This document shows positions 55,068-64,000 of a stretch of DNA of 64,000 bases, one piece after another. The stretch is from positions 367,908,001 to 367,972,000 of the forward strand of contig OZ024740.1 of NCBI GenBank assembly GCA_964016885.1, read 5' to 3'. Each line of letters opens with the position of its first letter. Positions within the stretch are counted from its first letter, which is position 1. This stretch comes from Eledone cirrhosa. Taxonomy: Eukaryota. The translations under genes were made by a program, and so were the position numbers. The notes below the pieces were generated by a model, which saw nothing but the letters and a program-made list of their open reading frames with translations, searched no databases and was not told where the DNA came from.

Positions 55068-55860
55068 CTTTCCCATACAACATAGGTACTACACCATCTT
55101 TAATGAGAACACAATAATACTCTTCTACACCATTACACCTAATTTAGCTAGGAATATAGCCAATTACAATTCTTAAAAAATTAAATAAGACAACCACCTC
55201 CGAACCCAATCCCCGGACTGGGGCCTTGTGTAATTGCCTAAATAAGGAAGTCTGCCCACTTGAAAACAAATGCCTGACAAATTATATGGTATACAAATAC
55301 GATGTCATCTCAGGCACCGATGATTGCAACAACAAAAAAACTTACATCGGCATGACTTCCAATAATTTTAAGACCCGGTGCTATGCCCATACTAACTCCT
55401 TCAGAAGACCGGACAAATCAAACCAGACAACACTCGCTTCCTATGTGTGGGCCCTCAAAAGGAACTCCACCCTCTTCACGCTTAAATGGAAAAATACTCC
55501 AGAAAGCGCGCTCATACAACGGAGAACACAAGTGCTGCGACCTTTGTATCTCAGAGAGCTACGAAATATTATTCGCCAAGGGCCCTCTACTGAACAAACT
55601 CTCAGAACACTGTCCGAACTGCATGCAAAAAAACTTTGCAACTTTCAAATACCTTAAGCCAGTGTTAATGCCCGTTGGCTAAAAACGACTTCCCACTTTT
55701 TTTTATAAACGCCAGCCGACAAAATAACCCTCTATCTCTTTCCCACCCACCCCTACCTCTCGGCAACCTGAAACACGACACTATGGTTATGTAAGTACCT
55801 CTTACCTACCTGCATTTTCTGCTTGTAGAGGTGTTTTTATGTTTTGTGTATATGCGTATA
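55068..55860 (+). mobile_element. Second copy of the 52030-52790 PLE GIY-YIG fragment
   Basis: CNCLNKEVCPLENKC...KTYIGMTSNNFKTR; begins at nearly the same 5' point (ttcccatacaacataggtac). Confidence 0.85.
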
Positions 55861-55972
55861 TTTATGAGTACATGTTTGTATGTATTTGTATGACTGGCCG
55901 TTCGTTTGTATGCATATCGCTGTGTGTGCGTGCGTTCACATGTACCTGCATATGGGCATGTTTGTGTATGTT

Positions 55973-56019
<47 letters not shown>

Positions 56020-56120
56020 TGAAGTTTCCGTTGAAAATTGAAAAAGTCATAGGAGTGAAGAGTGCTCTATGTAAGTACCAGAGCAAAATTGAATGTATAA
56101 TAAACAATACAATATAATTA

Positions 56121-56188
56121 CCTCATTACCAGAGGTTTCCCGAATAAGACGAATACGAAAAACGTCCTCATTCGTTCGTCGGACAAGG
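56121..56188 (-). ncRNA. Type I hammerhead-like motif with a CCGACGA (C4) core
   Basis: ccttgt CCGACGA a cgaatgaggacg...cgtcttattcg g GAAA CC tct GG TA atgagg. Confidence 0.6.
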
Positions 56189-56326
56189 CAATTTAAAACA
56201 TAGTGAAATATTTGAAAAGTGTCCTCAAGAAATGCAAAATATTATAAATAAAAGTAATGCAAGAGATATATATATAAAAAAAAAAATAAGGAAATATAGT
56301 TAGGGTATGTGTATATGTATGTATCT

Positions 56327-56505
56327 CTAATGCGGGTAAAATTCCCGAGATCCATGGACGAGTTCTCTCCAGCGGTCTCTGTCCCTCATTATCGCTGCCA
56401 TATCCTGCATCTCCAACAGACCAGTGTCTGTCCTTAGGGCATCAACATATGTTAACCTTGGTCTTCCGCTTCTAGTGTGTCCATGTAGGGGTTCCCAAAG
56501 TATAT
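56327..56505 (-). mobile_element. RTE-type LINE 3' coding end
   Basis: ILWEPLHGHTRSGRPRLTYVDAL..DTGL....MRDRDRWR. Confidence 0.8.
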
Positions 56506-57699
56506 ACACTCACAAATGTACATATGTGTGTATGTACAAATGCATGTGTATGGTGAAAATGTGTGCGTAAGTACATATATGAGGTCAAGTATATTTGTGT
56601 ATATGTGACCACAAATACGTATATAATATGAGTTGAAAAAGAAATTGTATGATAATATAGTTGACACGCATCCAGATACAGGCATTAAATACACATACGA
56701 GTATGAAAGCACGCGTATAAACACACACACACGCGTGGTCACTTATATGCGCAAGATAAAGAGGGAAGGGAGTGTAATAGTAAAAAGAAGTGTCATTCTG
56801 GGTATATGTATAAAAATGAAACAACATATGAGAATGAAAAAGTATTTTTTAAATCAAAGAGAAAGTAATCAATTAACACTAGAGAAAAGAAAACAAACAT
56901 AGATACGCACGTACATACACATTCATATATATATATAAACATATTTATACACACAAATACGTACAGTCAAAAGCGCATGTATGCGTACATACATACACAC
57001 GAGGTACGTATATATATATATATATATATATATATCGCGACATGTATATCTAATCACACGTACGTACGCGACTATATATATAAACATATATACATACACA
57101 CCCATACATACATATACATATACACACATATATATACACGTACACATACATTCACCCGCGCACACACACGTACAAATAAGTATGTAAAAAACATAGATAT
57201 AAAAACACACATACACACACATATATATACGTACGCACGCACACATACGGAGGCGTTCGTATACATATACAGAACGTATACACACATAAGCACACTCACA
57301 CACATAGATACAGGTTATAAACCAGCCATATGAATAAATGAATAAATGAATATAATAATGAAATAAATATAAAATCGGCTGCGAAACAACAGAATATATC
57401 AGGAGTGGAAAACGCAAGTGACCCGTCATATCAGGTAGTGAAAGAAAATGGGGAAGTAAAATGTGGAATGTGAAGATATTAGGTAAGTGAATCGAAAAGA
57501 AGGGGGGGTTACAGGTGGATGTTAAGTAAAAATAAAAAAAAAAATAAAAATAAAAAAAAAAAAAAATAAAAAAAAATAATTAAAAAAAAAAATAAATAAA
57601 TAAATAAATAAATAAATAAAAAAAAAAAAAAATAAAAAAATAAAAAAATAAAAATAAAAATAAAAAAGTTAAAACTCAAAGTAAATCAGAAAGAGAAGT

Positions 57700-58460
57700 C
57701 TGTAAAGAGGATAATTTAAGGAAATTGAAGAATAACAGTTTATGGAGGATAAGTATCTGAAAGTGAGTTAAGTTTTTATGAGCTGGAAAGCAAATGTGAT
57801 TTCATGTGTGGGCAACTGGTGAAAATTTCTGGTTTTGTATTTAGGCAGGTTTTTGGTGATTTAAAGTTCTGTAACATCCAATATTTTTCACGTATGCAGA
57901 GTGTGCATCTTCTTGTTCCTCTTGCATATTCTTTAGATTGGTTCAAAATTGACCAATCCAATTTATATTGGATACCTTGGTCTTTCAAATCCCATATTCT
58001 GCTAGCCAGAGCTATTGTAAATCTTTTTTTCTGGATGTCGGAAAGATTAGACATGTGAGTAATGACGCGTTTTGAATTTGTTTGGTGTCATACCCACATA
58101 TCGTTCGCTGGTGGCTGGTTGGTTGTTGCTGATGGTTGTCACTTTAGCCGCATATACAATGGCTTTGGTGTTGCATTTACCTTGTAATGAGCATTCACCT
58201 TTGACTCTACGGGAGCAATTTTGATGTTCTCTGGGTGATTTCTTATTGATGATATAATATTTAATAGGGGACCGCAGGAGTAGCTAATTTTGACACAGTT
58301 TCTATTGAAGATCTTATAGTATCTATGTGTTCTAGGGAAATGTTTATCTAAGAGCTCTAGGAATGTTTTGCCTACATTAGTTTTAACTGCTGGAGAGTAG
58401 GGGGTGTGAACCAGATTATTTTTCTTTTCCTATTATTATGTTTAAAAGAGTTAGTATTGT
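57700..58460 (-). mobile_element. Degenerate PLE thumb, linker and GIY-YIG fragment
   Basis: [11 protein letters not shown]; [15 protein letters not shown]; LASRIWDLKDQG..Y.LDWSIL...CTLCIREK...CPH. Confidence 0.8.
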
Positions 58461-58519
58461 TGGGTATGTACTTATATATATATGTATACATATACACACA
58501 TACATACATATATATATAT

Positions 58520-58788
58520 GTGTCACACACAGAAACAAAATGGCGTAGGACAGAACAAAGGAGAGGCACAAAAACAAAGAAAAGAATCCCTAGTCACTGA
58601 TGAGGTCGCACAATGTGTGACGAAAGAATTTTGACAATATATAAACAACTATCTGGTTGTGGAACCAACCAAATACCCAGAAATTTATAAATTTATAAAT
58701 TCCTAAATTTATAAATTTATCATAATAAATTGAAGTGAAAGCAACTGGTGCGTGTGTTTCTTATTGGCAACATGACTCTCCCAAGTAT

Positions 58789-58795
<7 letters not shown>
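58520..58795 (+). mobile_element. Solo 3' end of the 47843-50772 PLE family
   Basis: Matches 50455-50722. Confidence 0.8.
58593..58635 (+). ncRNA. Type I hammerhead
   Basis: gtca CTGATGA g GTCGCAC aat GTGTGAC GAAA GAAT TT tgac. Confidence 0.7.
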
Positions 58796-58842
<47 letters not shown>

Positions 58843-58934
58843 GTATATATTTGTGTATGTGTATTTATTTAATTTGTATATATGTATATATGTGTATTTC
58901 TGTAGATGCGTTTGAATATGTTTGTATATGTGTA

Positions 58935-59047
<113 letters not shown>

Positions 59048-59181
59048 CGAAGGAAATGTGGTAAGGTACCAGGTGGACCATGACGCACCAAAATACTCAA
59101 TACCTGGGGTAGTAGAGTGGGTAATAGTCTAGAATTAGCCGTCGAAACGGCTTGAGCTCAGCCGTCACGGTCCTACTCGTT

Positions 59182-59234
<53 letters not shown>

Positions 59235-59259
59235 ATGTATATATATATGTGTGTATATA

Positions 59260-59324
<65 letters not shown>

Positions 59325-59379
59325 AACATATATATATATGTGTGTGTATATGTATATATATATATGTGTATGTGAACGT

Positions 59380-59908
59380 GTCTGTTGACACCTGGAATAT
59401 AGCTTAAGAGAAACATGACAATAATGATATATTTTGAACTGGTTTATGGAGTTCTCTTGGTCTTTGTCACTCTAAGTACAACTTTAAAGAATTAGGTTTT
59501 AAAGAATTTCCCTTTTCTTTAAATCCATCAACCATCTTATAGACAGCTGAAATACAGGCATTGTTAGCTTAAGAGAAACTTAAAAATAAGGAGTGGCACC
59601 CCATTCTGAACTTCTTTATAGAAATCTTTCTGCCTTTGTCACTCTAAATATAAATTATAGCCTATTAATGAATTAGCTTTTAATGAATTCCCTTTTCTTT
59701 CAACCAATGACCTCCAAACTCTCCTACCACCTGAAAAGATATAAATACCAAAACATTTATTTTGGAAAGCCAGATTCCTGATGATTTCTGAAGAATGAAA
59801 CAGTTCTAGTCCTGTAGAATATCATCTATATTCAAACTGTTATACTCTGCTATGTATTGAGTACCTTACTTACTGTAATTACCTCCGATTCAACCCGGAA
59901 TAACTTAC
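59380..59908 (+). mobile_element. PLE-type 3' UTR with an internal ~175-bp duplication and a hammerhead
   Basis: agcttaagagaaac...ctttgtcactctaa...gaatt.cccttttcttt occurs twice. Related copies at 17148 and 50835. Confidence 0.7.
59773..59820 (+). ncRNA. Type I hammerhead
   Basis: attc CTGATGA tTTC tgaa GAAt GAAA CAG ttctagtc CTG TA gaat. Confidence 0.8.
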
Positions 59909-59954
59909 CTATATATATATTTATCTATATATATATGAGTATATATATATGTCC

Positions 59955-60026
<72 letters not shown>

Positions 60027-60046
60027 TTATTAAAATAACATATTAA

Positions 60047-60097
60047 AGTTTAAGCAATGAATCGCTGCTTTCACCCTTAACGGGATCTTCTGAAACT
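60047..60097 (-). ncRNA. Second copy of the CAGAAGA-core hammerhead-like motif
   Basis: 60030-60147 is the reverse complement of ~21025-21142. Confidence 0.6.
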
Positions 60098-60859
60098 AAC
60101 AAAGTCAATCTGTAAACGCAGAACTGGATATTTCAAAAAACGTTGCAGATAAGAGGCCGAATGAGTATAATCCTATTAAATATTGCTCTTAGGATCTACT
60201 CCAGATTAACGTACAAAGAGAAGTGGACTGAAAGCATAGCGATCCTTCGAAGTGCTAATTCCGAAAGTGAGCATGGGCCTCCTCTAATTAACGCGATGTT
60301 AATCCACTTTGTATGTCTGATTTAATTGAAGCATTGTGTTTGCGCAATTGACCCTTCTGCTGTTCATCCAAACATCATCCTTTCAAAGATCATCCAAACA
60401 TCTAAACACATCATTTACGTTTGCGAGGGCTTCATGATGTTAGACGTATACTTTCCTGAGATTTCATTATTATAACTGAAAACCTCTTTCTGCCAATAGG
60501 CCGCCCAGGACCCTGGTGGTGCTATTGCTGCGTTTCTGTAAACTATTTTGGCTATGCTTTCAATCCACTTCTGTTTGTACGTTTAATAGTTACATACACT
60601 TGTGTGAGCGTGTGTGTGTGTGTGCAAATTTTTGTTGACTCGGCAGAGTTGGGTTGATCTGTTATAAAACAGGTCACAGGTGATGGATAGCGATACGACC
60701 TCCAGATATGATGGTTATTTGCGATATATGCGTGTTTCCGATCAATGAATAAAGAATCACGAACAAATAGCGATACACTGCTAGGAAATATGAAGCAATG
60801 GGTAACACCGTTAGCTAACAAGAAAACATTCAAATATACGCATGTATATATATATATAT

Positions 60860-61750
60860 AGGATATTGGCGATATTTGTTCGCAAGATTACTGTCAAGGA
60901 AAAAATAACACAGTAGTTTTATTTTTTAAGATATATTTGTCAAACTTGGGTCAGTTTGTCTTCATTACTTGTTCTTTCGATCTCACTCGATAAACCCGCC
61001 ATTGGCATTGATGACGGCCTCAAGGCGGCATCGGAAACTGCTACAGGCCTTCGTCACTGTCCCCCGACTTAGGCCCCTAAAGGCCCTTGTTATCCTGGCC
61101 TTCAGATCGTCTTTCGTATTGCAGCTAGATCTGTTTGTGTCTCGTTCCACTGCGCCTCACACAATGAAGTCGAGGGGGTTGCAGTCAGGCGAGCTGGGAG
61201 GCCAGATGTCAGATGAAGTGTGGTTGACGAAGTTCTCTGACAGCCAGGCTTGGGTCTTTCGGCTGGTATGGCAGGGCGCTGAGTCTTGCTGCCACATATA
61301 CGGCCTACCTGCAGCTACCTGGTCGATCCAGGGCTTTCCTACCTCGCTCAGAACGCGGATATAGCCATCGGTGTTCAGCTTGAGGCCTTCAGGGAAATAG
61401 TGAGGTGGCATGACGTCACCTTGACTGCTGACGACAGCTAAGACCATTGTTGTTGCTGGAAACTTTGTCTGCATGACTCTGGGCACGTCTTTGGATGAGA
61501 CACCATTCTCCTGCTGATGCTGAGAAAGTCTGAAATTTTCTTATTTGTCCTCCTGACGCGGATTCCAAGAAGAACTCCGTGTCTCTTCCACAAATTTGGA
61601 GGTTCAAAATTATTCATAATCAATTATTCTCAAAAATAAATAATGGAAATATAGTCACTGTTTTTATGAAGACAAGAGTGACAACGGAAGTAAAAAAAAT
61701 TTGCATAAAATTAGCAGTTGAAAATCGTGAAAAATATCGTCCTCACCCTG
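60860..61750 (-). mobile_element. Internally deleted Tc1/mariner transposon of the DD37D (maT) family
   Basis: WQQDSAPCH...WPPSSPDCNPLDF has 37 residues between the 2nd and 3rd D. The terminus cagggtgaggacgatattttt has a decayed partner at ~60860. The N-terminal HTH start is fused directly to the catalytic region. Confidence 0.88.
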
Positions 61751-61838
61751 TGTATATATATATATAAATTTTGTTACTTCCGTTGTCACTCTTGTCTTCA
61801 TAAAAACAGTGACTATATTTCCATTATTTATTTTTCAT

Positions 61839-61870
<32 letters not shown>

Positions 61871-61949
61871 CATACGCTTGTGTTCTCATGCGTAGGTGTT
61901 GGTGTATGTATATATTTCTATGTGTGTGTTTGTTTGCATGCAAATATGT

Positions 61950-62520
61950 TTGAATCAGTACTTAATAGCCTCGAATATGCAGTCATGTGAAATGTTGTTA
62001 TATATGTTAACAACATCCGAAGAAACTATATAGGCGTTTAGGTTTATCATAATTGGTAGATTGCCGGGTACTTCAAGATCGTCTGTTATGAATCACCAAA
62101 TGTGTTTCAGGAAAGGATTTATTAAGATATCTATGAAGTTACCTGGTAGATATGTCTCGCCAATTGGCCCCAATATAATGGATTTAGTTTTACGTCGAAG
62201 AGTGAGGGTATATTCACACAATTCCTTTACGCATTTTCAGGTGTCTCATTGATTAGGTTATATTTATATTATTTGGTAGTCAATTGAGATTACTTTCTTC
62301 ACATGTGGAACTGATGTGATTGTTTAATTCCTTAACAGTTAAATGATTCCTGTATAGGTGTAGTAAATCAGTGAGTTGTTTAGATTTGTATTTATTTGGC
62401 TTATTTATAATATGTATTTTCCACTATAAAATATTTAAATAGTATTTTATATCCATAATGGCAATTATGCCACCTTTATCGGATTCATTCATAACAATAT
62501 TTCTGTTCGGTTTATTTCTG
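61950..62520 (-). mobile_element. Degenerate PLE RT N-terminal and fingers region
   Basis: NRNIVMNESDKGGIIAIMD (DKG motif); FIDILINPFLKHI; IVSSDVVNIYNNISHD..FEAIKY (motif A). Confidence 0.7.
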
Positions 62521-62559
62521 TTTTAATTACCCAGACTCAATGATGCCCTCTCATTCATC

Positions 62560-62915
62560 AAGCTTAGATATCCCCATCCACCTTGACCAAACCTACGTCC
62601 ATCCACGCCCGTGAAATTGACCTCTGTCTGGTCCGCTCACCTAGAGACCACCGTCCCTACATCAACTTTCCGTTCACCTTCATCTACCGAAACCTTGGTT
62701 CCGATAACGACACCTCGTTTCTTTTCAAACCCAACCATCGCAGCTTTCTTGTACTCTCCTAGTTCTTCCCTTCTTATGATTCCATCCCTCTTCTCACTCT
62801 CGTTGTAAAACCTTTCCCTTCATAAGCAATCTCATCAACATCTCAGGAGAACCATTCAAATCATATCCGTCAAAATGTCACATGTTCATCTACCAACGTT
62901 GTCAATACCCTCTGG
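62560..62915 (+). mobile_element. Decayed Neptune-like PLE linker and endonuclease start
   Basis: HIRQNVTCSSTNVV and a C-rich composition. Confidence 0.35.
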
Positions 62916-64000
62916 GCGTTATTTAAACGAGTATCCCATTAGTTTTACCTTAATTGCGCCTATTGAATGACAAAGCTATAACGAATGACAAATGTTATAA
63001 CGTATTATGTTTCATCATATATTATATATTATATCATATATATTATATTATTTATAGTATATATTATATTATATTGTATTATACTATATTACATTATATT
63101 ATATTACATTACATACAATGTTATTATATCATATCACTAGAAATGGAAATGATATTTTGTTTCAATTGGCTATATTTATATCTTAATAATTTCAAATTTA
63201 CAAAAATAGAATTACAGTAAATTAAATGAAATATGTTGGAATTATTTTAGGATTAAATTTAAAAAATAACAATTTTATTGTAATTATATATTATAATGCA
63301 CTGGAATATTAATTAGGCATACTTAATTATCATTGCTAACGTAGATTTATTTGACTAAAATAATTACTTTTTAATTTAATTCACACAATTTATTCATGAA
63401 TGTGATTGATTTATGTAAAATCCCATCTCAAATTTCCTTAATGAAATTTTAATATATTTCACTGTAATGTGTATACATTGTGAATCAAATTAATACGTTA
63501 TTATACATTTTATTGAAATGTTATTAAGTAAATGTCATATGTGAGTCGTTGTACGTCAATAAGTAATCTCTAATTAAAAAAATGTGAACTAAATTAAAAT
63601 TAATAGAAATATAATATGCAAAAGACATAAAGAGGTGTATGCTAACTATATCAGTAGTTGATAATATATTAATAGTAGTTACAGGTAATTATTAAGAGCA
63701 TATTATAAATCGCGAAATTAGCTAAACTGCTCAATGATGAGATGTGTATTTGAAAGATGTCTCCCAAAGAACTCTAATTTATGATTGAAACGGGGAAAAT
63801 GGCAAGTTTTTATAAATACTTAAAACCTATGGAAATTGTTTAATCATCATACTTGAAAGTCTACTTTAAACATTAGCAAGCTGTAATGCATTAGCATACA
63901 TATCTAAAAACAGGATTATTAATTGAAATGTCTATATTATGGTTAACCAAGACAGGATTATTGCGAAACTCTATAGCTGCTATAGAAACTGATTGTTATA

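Noticed and set aside
59075-59173. GAAA-CGGCT..AGCCG-TC hairpin resembling a hammerhead 3' half
   Set aside because: No CUGANGA-like core was found upstream in either copy (59048 or 38900).
60150-60290. IILLNIALRIYSRL resembling a LINE RT motif
   Set aside because: A single short motif is insufficient for a feature call.

Overview
AT-rich, microsatellite-dense eukaryotic DNA. The SINE families and (TA)n/(CA)n density suggest a cephalopod such as Octopus (inference). There is no intact host gene; only isolated candidate minus-strand exons. The window is dominated by retroelement remnants inserted into (TA)n tracts. These include several families of Penelope-like elements (PLEs; RT plus C-terminal GIY-YIG), RTE-type and R4/Dong-like LINE fragments, tRNA-headed SINEs, a DD37D (maT) mariner relic and a mariner MITE. 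Two patterns stand out. First, more than a dozen type I hammerhead ribozyme motifs sit near the 3' ends of the (TA)n-flanked inserts, including U3-A8, A4 and C4 core variants and an 85-nt stem II. Second, at least nine inserts have a head-to-head inverted architecture; the largest is a near-perfect 4.3-kb PLE palindrome with a 12-nt loop (39286-43609). All calls come from manual reading; no searches or folding programs were run.
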